From a virus (Duplodnaviria; Caudoviricetes), in the IMG/VR virus record IMGVR_UViG_3300030329_005293, positions 1 through 52,683 of that record: a DNA stretch of 52,683 bases; one strand, written 5' to 3'. The notes under the pieces are model-generated. The model made no database searches, was not told the origin of the DNA, and saw nothing but the letters and a program-made list of their open reading frames with translations. Numbering within the stretch: the first letter of the stretch is position 1; every line of letters starts with the position of its first letter. The position numbers and the translations under genes were made by a program. Below are positions 17,044-28,793 of this stretch, in pieces.

Positions 17044-19224
17044 CTAATCATCATTGGTGGGATTCCGAGAACCGCTTCCAGCTATCTTTGGTCCCCATAC
17101 GTCTACATTGTATAACGAATATGGGGAAGTTGTTTCAATATGTATACTGTGGTGAGATTCTGACGGCAAATCTACAGTCACCTTTTCGGTGTATGTTCTA
17201 TATGTTCTCCACACATCACTGCCATAGGTGGCCGAGCCATATATGGCAATGGTGCTGGATTCTGGATGGAGAGCATTGGTAGAGACAGGAGAAACGCCCC
17301 CATCCAAAATCCAGTCTTGAAACATTTTGATGTCAACATTGCCCGAAGATTTCTCTTCCGAGGTAAGCACCAACTGAGCCGCTCGGAAAGACTCTGTTCT
17401 TCTTGGCCCTTTCCCAAAACTCATCCAACCTGACTTGTATGTTGCTGTACGTGCAATGGGAGGATTGATCATCCCAGGGAACTGTCTATTGATTGCAAAC
17501 ACACCCTTTTTTGCCACTTGGCTTGGCCCCACACCTGATTGATATGTGCCAGCAACCAATACCGTGTTGATTTCTGGCAGATATGTAGATCCACCAGTGA
17601 CGGTCAATCCTGTCTGTATCCGAAAACCTTGCTCGATATAATCCCACACGAATTGCACATTGGGGACATTGCTGTCATCGAATGGCAGTATGAACACGGC
17701 TTCTCTGTGTTCCATATCGATCCATGAGTTACCCATGTGGGCTTTTACGTTGTTGACTCGTTGCAAGCGCTTTCGGATATTACCACCAACATCTTGTACC
17801 ACTCCGTTGGGAGTCATCAACCAGAAGGTGCTGTTGCCATACCATAGCACGGCACCATCAGGAAGCACTTGGGCCAACGATGGGCCAGCACAACCAGCAG
17901 AGTGGTGTAGAGTCCCATATTGCCATGAGTCATACTGGCCGCCCACATAATGTGCAGCCGTTGACTTGAAGACAAGCATGACTGGCAATCTTCCATCGCC
18001 CAAAGATGCCGATATTGCACCTGTTATGGGTCCAGTGTCAGGGAAGAGATCAGTCCAATGGTTTTGTAGAACACTCTCAGGTATGGGTCCAGCCGTGGAT
18101 TGTTCGCTCCACCATATCCGAGCTGGATTGGCATCAGTTCTCATCATCCATACACTGCCACCATGAGCTACCAAAAAGTAGAATCCCAAAGGGGTGGATT
18201 CACGGTGAAGCCAAGCAGGGCCGAGTTCTCCATCAGGAACATTATCAATATACTCGGTGGCAATGTTGTTTGGGATGCGATGAAGAAAACGAACATCGCC
18301 ATCATCGCCAGATGGGAGTCTTTTGAGGTTCCGAGTTCTGAGCAGAATACGAGCTTTTACCTCATCAGGTCCAATGGGTATGTCCTTGACTTTGAACAAC
18401 CGAGTGAGGCTCTTTACGTCTATCGGATCGGCGCGTTTGAACGACACGTTAACCACCCCGCCGTGGGGGGAGGTTGCACTATAGGCTCCATCGGCATTTT
18501 CATACGCTACTGCATAGGTCCATTCCCCATCGTCAATAGCTCCTTGGCCTTTTGGCTCATTTGCATCAGAGTCAAAATACAGATCCGATATAGTTGTCCC
18601 CACTCGACCTCTAGCTGAGAAGCCTCCTTCGTTTTCTCCAGTGGTTATGTCTCGCGGTCCATCAGCATTGGGGGCTGCTGGCACCATTGTCAGTCCAAAT
18701 GGTCTGAGTCGATTCCCATCCCAGACCCATGCTTGACCGCCATCACAGAAAGTGAAATATATTCTGTTGTTCATCGCCACCATCTGAGGGGGGAACTGGA
18801 TTCTGCCTTGTGGCTTTACGCTGCTTTTTGCTGCGGTGAGGCCATATTGGTATTGCTCAGTAATGCCTTTGTCGACGCTTGATGAGTTACGAGTCCAAGG
18901 TGTGAATTGAAACACACCCGAGTAGGTGAGCAACAATATCTCAGGTGTGTTTGCATCAAACTCGGCATACTTCAAACCGATCACGCCTGATTGAGCATTT
19001 CCGCCAATATCATCAGAAGTCGTAAAGGCAGACGGTTGAGAATTGTTTGTTTTCCATTCATCTGGGATAAATGGCATTATCCGATAGGTAGACTCCAGAT
19101 AGTCCTGTTCATCGAGAGTCCAGTTCTCGATCAGCAGAGCTGTGGTCCCATCGCTGTATGGATTCTCAGACATAATCCGAGCCAGCCCAACGCTTTGGCC
19201 TTTATAGTCTCTCCATCCAGGCAT
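17044..19224 (-). CDS. Tail nozzle/stabilisation protein (P22 gp10/T7 gp12-like beta-propeller)
   Basis: Motifs RIWWSE, GPITG, LVFKS and AGCAGP..AQV..VLWYG; 726 aa; follows the adaptor. Confidence 0.7.
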   Translation of the reverse strand: MPGWRDYKGQSVGLARIMSENPYSDGTTALLIENWTLDEQDYLESTYRIMPFIPDEWKTNNSQPSAFTTSDDIGGNAQSGVIGLKYAEFDANTPEILLLTYSGVFQFTPWTRNSSSVDKGITEQYQYGLTAAKSSVKPQGRIQFPPQMVAMNNRIYFTFCDGGQAWVWDGNRLRPFGLTMVPAAPNADGPRDITTGENEGGFSARGRVGTTISDLYFDSDANEPKGQGAIDDGEWTYAVAYENADGAYSATSPHGGVVNVSFKRADPIDVKSLTRLFKVKDIPIGPDEVKARILLRTRNLKRLPSGDDGDVRFLHRIPNNIATEYIDNVPDGELGPAWLHRESTPLGFYFLVAHGGSVWMMRTDANPARIWWSEQSTAGPIPESVLQNHWTDLFPDTGPITGAISASLGDGRLPVMLVFKSTAAHYVGGQYDSWQYGTLHHSAGCAGPSLAQVLPDGAVLWYGNSTFWLMTPNGVVQDVGGNIRKRLQRVNNVKAHMGNSWIDMEHREAVFILPFDDSNVPNVQFVWDYIEQGFRIQTGLTVTGGSTYLPEINTVLVAGTYQSGVGPSQVAKKGVFAINRQFPGMINPPIARTATYKSGWMSFGKGPRRTESFRAAQLVLTSEEKSSGNVDIKMFQDWILDGGVSPVSTNALHPESSTIAIYGSATYGSDVWRTYRTYTEKVTVDLPSESHHSIHIETTSPYSLYNVDVWGPKIAGSGSRNPTNDD

Positions 19225-20729
19225 TAGCTACTCGATGTTATGGGTTGATTCCTACGAATGGGTGGTCTTCTGCGTCTGCCGCTGATGCCATTACCGAAAG
19301 ACCCTACCTGATGTCCAGCCACATTGTATGTTCGTCGCAGTCGAGACAGGTGTTCTTTGTATTCACCATAGTACATACTCTTTCTGTCTGGAGACCCGTC
19401 ACGATCACCTACCAGATAGGATGCTGTGAGGGCATACAAGGCATCGTAGCACTCTGGGGGTATGCGAGGACTGTCTGTATCGTATTTCAAGCTGGGAGGC
19501 CGTTTGAAGGTCCTCATGAGTACAGGAACAGCAGTGGTGGGTTGTTTGTCAAACCGGATATGGAAATGCCCATGAAAGGGTTCTAGTGATATTCGCTTGT
19601 CCACCGGGTCTTCTTGGCCATAATCATAGACAGTGGTGGTATAACCACTTGTGACCTTCCACAGATAATAGATTTTATCATTCTCCACGTCTGTCCCATA
19701 CGCAGATGCAGTGCTTGCTTCTGTTGCATGTCGAGCCCGAAAAATCCATTTCTCAACACCATAATGCTCACCGCTCAATACAGAGGTGTCTCCATACCCA
19801 TTGACATAATCAATATTTGGTGTGGTGATTTTAATGGCACCTTGGCCCCATTGTGTTGTCATTTCAGGACTAGCTGAACTTGGAGCAGATTGGTAGTATG
19901 GCTTCAAAAGACCTTCGTTTGTTTTCTCATACCCTGTCCATCTACCCCACACATGAATGACACGATAACTGAATGTCCCAGCAGGACCATAACTTGTATT
20001 CAATGTTGGCGGTGTCAACATTGGGGTTTCTGAAGGAGTGAATCCCCATGTGTAGCCCTCCCCGCCTTGCCGTACCTTCTCTGACCATGGTGTGGTTATC
20101 TTTGTTTTTGGAGCATAGTTTGGAGAGGGAAGTTGGAAGAAGTCGCCTCGGGTATAATAATCTGGTATACCGGATGAGCGAAAACCAATGGTGCTTCGGT
20201 ATTGATGCACTTCACCAGAAAAAGCTGATTCCACCAATGGGTGGGGAGAAGTGTCTGGATCTCTAACAACATCCAGAATTTGTTGTACATTGGAAGTGTA
20301 CGGATATTCTGGAGTAAATATTCGATAGGTTATGCCGCTGCCGGAAATTTCCAGAGGGCTGTCAATTGTGAGGTATTGATCTCCAGATTCAGTCCAAACG
20401 TCTTGAATCTTACGATAGTAATAGGTCCCATCCTTTAGTAGTTCGATGGTTCTGGCCCGAAGAGTCCCATCAGTGGCCCAAGCCGTTCCAACACCTTTGA
20501 GGACCAAGGGGTCTGATTGGAAATTAACAGTTCCGGTGGAGTATGGAACCTCCAACCGAAACCTCATCTCTTCAGAAAGCAAAGCCTTTGGCATCTCTGA
20601 CCAACATTGTCGCAGAGCCATATTTATCGCAATATTGAGTCTCGTGTCGCCAGAGGTTCCCCGGTCAGGGAGCCCCAAGCGAACACGAAGCTCAGTGCGA
20701 ATATCAGCCAGAGTGCCGTAAGTTGCCAT
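19224..20729 (-). CDS. Head-tail adaptor protein with large insertions
   Basis: N-terminal TLADIRTELRVRLG..LNIAINMA and C-terminal DTDSPRIPPECYDAL adaptor-like motifs. Confidence 0.6.
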   Translation of the reverse strand: MATYGTLADIRTELRVRLGLPDRGTSGDTRLNIAINMALRQCWSEMPKALLSEEMRFRLEVPYSTGTVNFQSDPLVLKGVGTAWATDGTLRARTIELLKDGTYYYRKIQDVWTESGDQYLTIDSPLEISGSGITYRIFTPEYPYTSNVQQILDVVRDPDTSPHPLVESAFSGEVHQYRSTIGFRSSGIPDYYTRGDFFQLPSPNYAPKTKITTPWSEKVRQGGEGYTWGFTPSETPMLTPPTLNTSYGPAGTFSYRVIHVWGRWTGYEKTNEGLLKPYYQSAPSSASPEMTTQWGQGAIKITTPNIDYVNGYGDTSVLSGEHYGVEKWIFRARHATEASTASAYGTDVENDKIYYLWKVTSGYTTTVYDYGQEDPVDKRISLEPFHGHFHIRFDKQPTTAVPVLMRTFKRPPSLKYDTDSPRIPPECYDALYALTASYLVGDRDGSPDRKSMYYGEYKEHLSRLRRTYNVAGHQVGSFGNGISGRRRRPPIRRNQPITSSS

Positions 20730-20733
20730 CTAC

Positions 20734-21210
20734 CTAGAGAAGATTGATGTAAGCAGAGGTAGAACTTTCTAACAGAACACCAAGGGCTTTTTGATCAACA
20801 TGGCTGCTGCCAGCCATTTGCCCCGCACTTCCCGAAGACCCATAAGAGGCCAAGGTTGATCCTTCAGAACCTGAACCGGCAGCTTTAATGGTGCATACAC
20901 CTCGACAAATAGCAAACCCATATTCACCTGATGCGATAGCAGTTTCGCAAACACCATAAATTAAAGATTTTACAGTATCATCAGTAGCCACTGGAACTAC
21001 CTGACCGGTATTGTGCATTTCTTCCATGTTGGCTGCAACGCAGCCAACTAAATCTCCAGCAGCAATAGCAGATCCTGCTTTTACCATGCGATAATACCGG
21101 ACTGTGGTATTTCCAGAAGAGTCAGTATTTAAGTCTTCGTAGACCTTTCCTGGCACTCCGCATTGTTCGGGACCTGAGTAGGCAATAGAATTTTTAATAA
21201 CATTACTCAT
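20734..21210 (-). CDS. Capsid decoration/cement protein (DUF2190-like)
   Basis: Follows the MCP; motifs VKAGSAIAAGDLV and GVCETAIASGEYG..RG. Confidence 0.65.
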   Translation of the reverse strand: MSNVIKNSIAYSGPEQCGVPGKVYEDLNTDSSGNTTVRYYRMVKAGSAIAAGDLVGCVAANMEEMHNTGQVVPVATDDTVKSLIYGVCETAIASGEYGFAICRGVCTIKAAGSGSEGSTLASYGSSGSAGQMAGSSHVDQKALGVLLESSTSAYINLL

Positions 21211-21234
21211 TTTTCATTTCTCCAGAATAGAATT

Positions 21235-22314
21235 TTAGGTATTAGCGGTGCAACCTTGAATGACAAGATTGGGTACAGCAAACTGAATTTCGAGGAAAAC
21301 ATAACCAACGTCAGCATCCATGTTTCCGTGCTGGAGATGATCAGAAAATTTCGATACTCTGAATTCATTATTGGCATTAACCCAAAGTTGCATACCATTG
21401 GGGTTCAACAAATAGATATATTCATTTCCAGCACTGGATGATACTGCATCCATTCTGGTTTCTGTCATAAAACGATTGGAGAAGTATTTGATACCGCCAG
21501 CAACATGCACAGTTTTATGAGCTTTGCCAGCTTCAAGATCATCTGGGCGATACACGATTCCTGCGATGGAGCCTGCTCCGCCATATGTTCTAAGAGCATC
21601 ACCAATAGCTACATGATCTGCGATAGAACAAATACCAATAGATATACCTTCATCATCTTCTGCATAACTGTCAGCAGTGATTTTTACTGTTTCAGCACTG
21701 GTAAAATATGTACCACCTGCAATACCGTTATGGTCTACAAACTGATTGTACCAATTGTTTTCATCATTGGTTGCATCTTCGGTTCGGGCAAGATTCATAT
21801 ATGATCCAGTTTGGGAGCCGGGAAGAAGGAATTGCAATGCACCAGCTTCAAATCCACTAGTAGCCAAACCAGTTTTGTATCCATTTAATGTTCCCAAGCC
21901 AGCAAGGGCTGCAACATCACCAACATAAAGTTGTCGAGATACGTTGTTTCGGAAACTTTGAAGCACGGCCTGAGTGGTGTCCTGAACCCATCGCTTCTTG
22001 TCAGCATTTGACTGCATACGGTCTCGGTCAAGATGCGGAAGGATAATAGGCTTGACATATCGTGCCCAATCCCCATAAATGTAGTCGAAAGTATCCTTCT
22101 TGGCCAATGGGATCTCGATATTTGATGCTGAGATTTCGCTAATATCAGAGTGGCCAGATTTTATCCGAGGCACACGGACATTGGTTCCGCCAGAGCGGAC
22201 AACCTTGTTTCGGGAACGCAAGGCGTCCAAAACAGGATCTTTTGCGTAAAATGAGGGGATAGATTTCTTTACTACGTCAGGAACGGTAAAATTGGTAAAT
22301 TCGAGCAAGCCCAT
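21235..22314 (-). CDS. Major capsid protein (HK97 fold)
   Basis: 359 aa, after the scaffold, AGGAG RBS; motifs RSGGTNVRVP, QLYVGD....GL..L and IYLLNP. Confidence 0.8.
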   Translation of the reverse strand: MGLLEFTNFTVPDVVKKSIPSFYAKDPVLDALRSRNKVVRSGGTNVRVPRIKSGHSDISEISASNIEIPLAKKDTFDYIYGDWARYVKPIILPHLDRDRMQSNADKKRWVQDTTQAVLQSFRNNVSRQLYVGDVAALAGLGTLNGYKTGLATSGFEAGALQFLLPGSQTGSYMNLARTEDATNDENNWYNQFVDHNGIAGGTYFTSAETVKITADSYAEDDEGISIGICSIADHVAIGDALRTYGGAGSIAGIVYRPDDLEAGKAHKTVHVAGGIKYFSNRFMTETRMDAVSSSAGNEYIYLLNPNGMQLWVNANNEFRVSKFSDHLQHGNMDADVGYVFLEIQFAVPNLVIQGCTANT

Positions 22315-22323
22315 TATGTACTC

Positions 22324-23190
<867 letters not shown>

Positions 23191-23558
23191 TGATAAATTC
23201 CTCAAGTTGGTCTTGGTCATTTAGGTCATACAAACCCGGATCGATTTTATCCGCAGCGGCTTGCAACTTGGTTCGTAATTCAGGGGTAATTTCGGAAGCT
23301 GCCTTGTCGAGCATGCCTGCTTCAACCAGCATTGAGGTGGCCTCTTGGATGACTGCTGGAGTCAATTCTTCCATCATATCCATTTCCTCTGGCGGAGGCG
23401 CTGCAGCCTCTTCCATTGGGGCTTCTTCCATCAATGCTTCTTCTTCCATCATAGGTTCTTTGGGCATAGCTCCTCCAGCCAATGTTTGTTCTGCACGTTG
23501 CAATTCCATTTCGAGCATGGCCTGAAGCTCAGGCAAACTCATGTTTTCGATTTCTTCA

Positions 23559-24044
23559 TCACTTAGAGTCTCTAAGTCGTTGCTCCTCTGCATCGGTAGC
23601 TCCTTTCCATCTGGTGTATTGAGTTTCATTCCATCCCGTCACTTCTTTGATGGCGTCTTTATCCTTCTTCTTATGGTACGCATCAGCCCCTTGGGATCTG
23701 ACTATCCGGTCCTGCTCGAAGGCATCTTCCGCTGCTTTTTCTCTGGATATTCGTGCTTCCTGAGCGGTACAAACGGTCAGTCCATTGTCACGCTCCCACC
23801 TCTCGATGTCTTTTTTGCCTCTGAGTCTCTTGCCAGCTTTCAATCCTTGATTGCCTAGGAGTCGTTCTTCTGCTGCCATTAAGTCCTCGAAGACTGGTCC
23901 AATGTGACGGAATTTATGGACAGCAAGTTTCCTCATGTAGTGACCACACGAGCACGGCATAGTCTTTGCTGCTGGCAAATCATATACCAGTTCTTCAGAA
24001 TGAGCATCACACTCATCACAAACATAATCATACAGAGGCATCAT
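23559..24044 (-). CDS. FmdB-family zinc-ribbon protein
   Basis: MPLYDYVCDEC...CSCG..MRKL matches the FmdB/Zn-ribbon_8 signature. Confidence 0.8.
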   Translation of the reverse strand: MMPLYDYVCDECDAHSEELVYDLPAAKTMPCSCGHYMRKLAVHKFRHIGPVFEDLMAAEERLLGNQGLKAGKRLRGKKDIERWERDNGLTVCTAQEARISREKAAEDAFEQDRIVRSQGADAYHKKKDKDAIKEVTGWNETQYTRWKGATDAEEQRLRDSK

Positions 24045-24339
24045 CACCCTTTAGTTGGCCGGAATTGATAGCGTCATAGATAACCTTACATATTTCCATG
24101 CGGATGTCATCTGGCATGGGGATTGGTTCGAGCAGACCCAAAATAGATTCCTTCAAAGGATCATTTTTCTCATCTTCATCTTGATCTTTTCCATAGGACT
24201 CATCTACCATCTGGGCCGCATACTCCTCTGGAGATGACCCGGACATTTTATGGTCTTTCCCTCGGTCGGGGGCTTCAAGGAGAACAATGGCAATCGATTC
24301 TTTATCGCCAGCTTTTATTTTTTGCATCATATCGTGCAT
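24028..24339 (-). CDS. Hypothetical protein
   Basis: 103-aa ORF coupled to the portal stop codon. Confidence 0.55.
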   Translation of the reverse strand: MHDMMQKIKAGDKESIAIVLLEAPDRGKDHKMSGSSPEEYAAQMVDESYGKDQDEDEKNDPLKESILGLLEPIPMPDDIRMEICKVIYDAINSGQLKGDDASV

Positions 24340-24340
24340 G

Positions 24341-26044
24341 TCATGCTCCCGGGAATTTAGCTAAACTTGGCATCCCAGCCATTTCTGGTGGTAATTCTGG
24401 TGGTAATTCTGGAGCCATTTCTGGCTCCTCTTCCATTTCTTCCTTAACAATCGATGGCCGAACGTCAAATAAATCAATAAGCTCTCTTGTGATTTCTCGC
24501 CAATTGATTTCCTCCACCGTGGGGGCTGATGCAAGCTGGCCCAACAGAGCTACCAGTTGTTCTCGTCGGACATGTTTATCTTCCATCAATGGCGAGAATG
24601 GCAGCACTCTGAAGTGGTGCATGGATTGAATATCTTGTGCAACCACAGAAGCATCAGCATCAACTTGTGTAGCAGCGACAATGTATGGCAGATCGATACC
24701 GCTGGCTCCATCATTTTCTACAGCCCAGCGAAGTACCTCAGAGGCTGTATCGAAGCCTCGTTTGACAAACTTGGTGAGCAATCTGAGCCTTACATTCATC
24801 CGGCCTTGGACGGAACTTTGAATCATATTTGCTTCAGCAGCCGTTCTAATATTTCGGACCTCGCCACGCTGGAAATCGCCCAAACCAGCTATGTTTTTGA
24901 TGCCATATTCTGCTGCTTCCAGATGCCGATTAAAGTCGAAAGTTGTGGGCATTTCTGGTGTGACAAAAATCATATCTCCAACCAGAGCTTGGCCATCGGT
25001 TTCGATAGGTATAGGTTCCCAAGTTGTGCTGTTCATCCAGCGCATGGCATCATCCTCATTGGGGAACATCGCCTTGTCGTAGAACATTCTTCTTGGGAGT
25101 CTGCGAACAATCTCTCTGCGAGCTGAAACTAACTCATTGATGTCCTGCTGGAGCGGAGCGATGAGAGAGGTGTCTGGGATGCCTCGGATACGGCCAATAC
25201 CGGAATGGAATGTAAGTTGGTCGTAAGGATTGCCATACGGTATTTCTGCTTCCATGAGAATCTGTTTTGTACCCATGTGTATATGATACAACTTCCCTCG
25301 TCGGAAGTCCCAATATTCATGGACAGTCACGTATTCTTTTAGCCCCTCTCGTCTTCTTTCACGGCTCTCATCATATCCCATATGCTCATCGATAAGTTCT
25401 CTGGGATACGTATCTGCACGGACATGTTTATTTGCGGAGGGCTCGTAGTATTCATTTTCTATACGAGCGCGGACTTCTGACTCATGCAGAATGAATCTTT
25501 CCGAGATCCAGGAGCAATCTTTGACTCGTCGAGCGGTGGGGTCGAAGAAGACTTCCCATGGCATCTTTAGCCGCCATATAACCCTGCCTGCTTCTTTCGA
25601 CCACGTGATTTTGCGGATGGCACCTTTGCCAAAAAGCATGGAGTGAAGGGTGGCTTCTCTGGTGGTCTCATCGTAGTCATCCTTCTCAGCCATCCAGTTG
25701 AGAATGGCTGCTATTCTTCGGCCTGAGAAGGTATCGTCTTGATGTCTGTTTGGAATATCATACGACATTTGCCGATGGTCGAGAGCTTCCACTTGGGGGA
25801 GGTCCATTGCCAGTGCAGATGCCATCGAGTCTAAGATCGGGAAGACTTCATTTTGTTGGGCATTGTATCCAGACAGTTCTGGGAATGGTGAGTTTCCATC
25901 TCCCTCCCAAAAGTTGCCCCGCCAGTAGGCTAGGTTCCGAGCATCTTCAGCAGCCACTTGTTTTCTGTAGCTTTCCTCGGAGAATTCGATCCTTTTGAAT
26001 ATCTTGGCTCGTTCTTTGAGTTCAGCTTGTTTCTCATCAGACAT
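24341..26044 (-). CDS. Portal protein (P22-like)
   Basis: Directly after TerL, ~567 aa; motifs PWEVFFDPTA, VTVHEYWD, LQQDIN and RTAAEA. Confidence 0.85.
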   Translation of the reverse strand: MSDEKQAELKERAKIFKRIEFSEESYRKQVAAEDARNLAYWRGNFWEGDGNSPFPELSGYNAQQNEVFPILDSMASALAMDLPQVEALDHRQMSYDIPNRHQDDTFSGRRIAAILNWMAEKDDYDETTREATLHSMLFGKGAIRKITWSKEAGRVIWRLKMPWEVFFDPTARRVKDCSWISERFILHESEVRARIENEYYEPSANKHVRADTYPRELIDEHMGYDESRERRREGLKEYVTVHEYWDFRRGKLYHIHMGTKQILMEAEIPYGNPYDQLTFHSGIGRIRGIPDTSLIAPLQQDINELVSARREIVRRLPRRMFYDKAMFPNEDDAMRWMNSTTWEPIPIETDGQALVGDMIFVTPEMPTTFDFNRHLEAAEYGIKNIAGLGDFQRGEVRNIRTAAEANMIQSSVQGRMNVRLRLLTKFVKRGFDTASEVLRWAVENDGASGIDLPYIVAATQVDADASVVAQDIQSMHHFRVLPFSPLMEDKHVRREQLVALLGQLASAPTVEEINWREITRELIDLFDVRPSIVKEEMEEEPEMAPELPPELPPEMAGMPSLAKFPGA

Positions 26045-27668
26045 GCTTGCCCCAGGGAGTATTGTTTTCTTCCACCATACCACGATTTTCTAAACGCGCA
26101 ATTAACCGCCGTACAGCGTCTTCGGCCACCCTTGATTCTTTGTGGCGAACAGAGTGTCGCCAATAGGCACCTCTGTGCTGCATATATGCCCATGCAGCGA
26201 TGCCCCATGCTGCCGCTAAATCATAGTGGCCTCCAAAGACATCCCTATCTTTTTTGGACCCCCATTGACCGCGATAGTTCATCAGTTGTCGCAAGGATCT
26301 TGGGCTACGTATCAGGATGGATTCTTCATCGATCATCTGCTGGAGATACCCTTCGGCCTCTTTTTTTGTTTTGACGCTTGACCACCATCCTGCGATGCGT
26401 TGCCGAGACCTGCCATATCGTGATGGTTTTCTTCTAAAGACCTTGCGATATGAGATATTGGGATTGTCAACCAGATGACTAAGAACGGATTCACCGATAC
26501 CGTTGGCTTCGACATATATTATTGCATCATTGTATTGTCGGCCCCACTCAGCTAGATTAGTGGCCATCTGATATGCAGACATATGGCCCAGATATTCAGC
26601 CACCTGTTCGCATGATGATATATCGAGTATGACCACACCATAGTTGTCTCGTTCAGCCCATGAGCCAGCAGGGTCACATGCAATGATATACTTGTGTTCT
26701 GGGTCAGGTTCTTGATATTTCACCCATGGGTCCGGTTCCACGGCAAGCCCTGTCCCACCATCGAGGGCTTCCAGCATCATTCGCAGGGTTTCCTGATTGT
26801 AGACCGCATCCCCTGTCATTGCCCAACACTCGAAGTCATTGATTGGGTATTCTTGTTTGAATTTCTGGATGTTTCGAGCGCATTTTGGCAGTCCAGAGAC
26901 TTGCATCCAGTATGCCTGTTCAGGGCTCAGACTAGGATAGGTATCCCAGTATTCTCGGACCTGTCTTGATGGTATCCATTTTGGTGCTGGCTTGATTTTG
27001 TATTCTTCTACAGCCGTCCACGGTAGGAATACCTTCAGCCATTTTGAGTCCACTTTCTCGGAGTCCAAACAGAGCATGTGGAGTTGGTCTCCATGATGCT
27101 TTGGGGTACTCTCGGCCATAAAGAAGCCACCATTTTCTGGCACGGCATTAAGTATCGATGCCCAAACCTCATCACCACCAGTTGAAGCCCAGCTTGATAT
27201 TTCTGTACCCAGAGCTACCTGCACGGTTTCTCCACGCAGTGGTTCATCATCTTGACATGATGCCACATCCAATTTTGAGTCTATTTGAGGGAACTGTAAA
27301 CTTTTGAGAACCCGTCCTTGGCGATGGGGCCGAAGTCCCTTCGGCGTTGACTTATAGAATCGATTGGCTATCTCAGCTAGGGATTTTGCTGTCTGCTTCT
27401 TGTGGCCGATGATGGCCACCTGACATCCAGAGCGAAAAGCTGCATGTTGATATGCAATGCCCGTGAAGAATGTTGAGGAGCCCTCCTGACGGGGCTTGAC
27501 ATGGACTATCCATTTTCCAAGTGCGTATGCTTGCATCACCGCAGCAGCCAACAACTTCTGGTGGTCCCAGAGTTTGAATGGTTGGATGCCATGGCTCTTT
27601 GTTCTGATCGATAACAGAGGCAGAAAATAATTGGGGTCCCAGAATTCTTGTGCGCTTGGATCAATCAT
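26037..27668 (-). CDS. terL: Terminase large subunit
   Basis: KPRQEGSST Walker A, TEIS Walker B, AESTP coupling motif, and IIACDPAG / VEANGIG / HYDL nuclease motifs. Confidence 0.92.
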   Translation of the reverse strand: MIDPSAQEFWDPNYFLPLLSIRTKSHGIQPFKLWDHQKLLAAAVMQAYALGKWIVHVKPRQEGSSTFFTGIAYQHAAFRSGCQVAIIGHKKQTAKSLAEIANRFYKSTPKGLRPHRQGRVLKSLQFPQIDSKLDVASCQDDEPLRGETVQVALGTEISSWASTGGDEVWASILNAVPENGGFFMAESTPKHHGDQLHMLCLDSEKVDSKWLKVFLPWTAVEEYKIKPAPKWIPSRQVREYWDTYPSLSPEQAYWMQVSGLPKCARNIQKFKQEYPINDFECWAMTGDAVYNQETLRMMLEALDGGTGLAVEPDPWVKYQEPDPEHKYIIACDPAGSWAERDNYGVVILDISSCEQVAEYLGHMSAYQMATNLAEWGRQYNDAIIYVEANGIGESVLSHLVDNPNISYRKVFRRKPSRYGRSRQRIAGWWSSVKTKKEAEGYLQQMIDEESILIRSPRSLRQLMNYRGQWGSKKDRDVFGGHYDLAAAWGIAAWAYMQHRGAYWRHSVRHKESRVAEDAVRRLIARLENRGMVEENNTPWGKHV

Positions 27669-27934
27669 TTTTGTGGTTTTAGCAATCTTGGAAAAGGCCC
27701 ATGGCTGGTAACACCTGGTGTTACATTCACAGTAAGAGCTTCATTTGACATGCGTTCCACCCGTTCTGCGGTTAGAATTTGCCTTGCCTCACGGATGAGA
27801 GCAACAGCTCCGTGGATCTTGTCTTTTTCAATTTGATCTTTCATGAATTTATTCAGCAGATCATTCAGGGCCATCTTCTGTCCCTGATATGTATCGATGG
27901 CATATCTGACATCAATTTCAAATTCATTCGACAT
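27665..27934 (-). CDS. Hypothetical protein, positional candidate for small terminase
   Basis: Short helical ORF overlapping the TerL start, with GGAG before MSNEF. Confidence 0.45.
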   Translation of the reverse strand: MSNEFEIDVRYAIDTYQGQKMALNDLLNKFMKDQIEKDKIHGAVALIREARQILTAERVERMSNEALTVNVTPGVTSHGPFPRLLKPQK

Positions 27935-27996
27935 ATTTTGCTCCATGTGGTATTTTCTGTGAGTTTACACCAACCTTTTTGGAGCATAGCACAATT

Positions 27997-28236
27997 ATGG
28001 CAAAAAAACAAACTGAGACCAAAACCGAAAACACCCGAAAAAAATATGCCACCATTCATATTGCCCATGGCAGTGGCATGGAAAAAATTGAAATAGCCAC
28101 AGAAAATCATCTTAAAGTGTTTGAGCAGAATGTCACAAAGAGAGATTTACAAGCCTACCCTTGGAAATTTTCCGACATGCACGGCAACGAATATATCTTG
28201 CGCCAATTTCTGTTTGCCAAGATTGTGCGTCATTAG
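27997..28236 (+). CDS. Hypothetical protein
   Basis: MAKKQ... ORF divergent from the late operon. Confidence 0.5.
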   Translation: MAKKQTETKTENTRKKYATIHIAHGSGMEKIEIATENHLKVFEQNVTKRDLQAYPWKFSDMHGNEYILRQFLFAKIVRH

Positions 28237-28655
28237 AGTGGACCACTTAGGTCAGGGTGCTTTGATAGCAGAGTGAGATATTTTTCTCCACTATTCGCAG
28301 CATAGTATAAGGCTTCTGCCATTGTTGATTTTGCTAATCTGGCTTTGTGGTGAAGTTCCCGGCAAATGGAAATGAATTTGACCATGATGTCTGGTCTTTT
28401 GGGGTTGACGACTTTTCGCCATTTTCCACAGTCGTTCCACTCGAAGTGGTTTGATTGCGAGTTCCATTGAAAGGTGAGTTCTTCCTCTGTCGTGATTGAG
28501 GCAGCTTGAAAGAGTTTCTCACCGCGAAACCATTGCTCCAGTCGCTGGATGACGCTGATAAGCCGTTTGGCTTCCTTTGCATAGTCGTAACCTTCGATTT
28601 CATTCTGGATTGCAATATCTTTGAGAGAACTTCTTCGTCGCGCCACTGTAGCCAT
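28233..28655 (-). CDS. Hypothetical protein
   Basis: GAGGA RBS before MATVARRR. Confidence 0.5.
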   Translation of the reverse strand: MATVARRRSSLKDIAIQNEIEGYDYAKEAKRLISVIQRLEQWFRGEKLFQAASITTEEELTFQWNSQSNHFEWNDCGKWRKVVNPKRPDIMVKFISICRELHHKARLAKSTMAEALYYAANSGEKYLTLLSKHPDLSGPL

Positions 28656-28793
28656 GTGATCCTCATGTATTGTAATAGTTTCGATTGGTATTTGGGATGG
28701 GGAGTATAATGTTGTCTGCGCCAAGTGATCCATTGTTTCCAGTCTGCGCCCACTGCTGCACACATATCTCTTTGATCAATATCGAGTAGATCA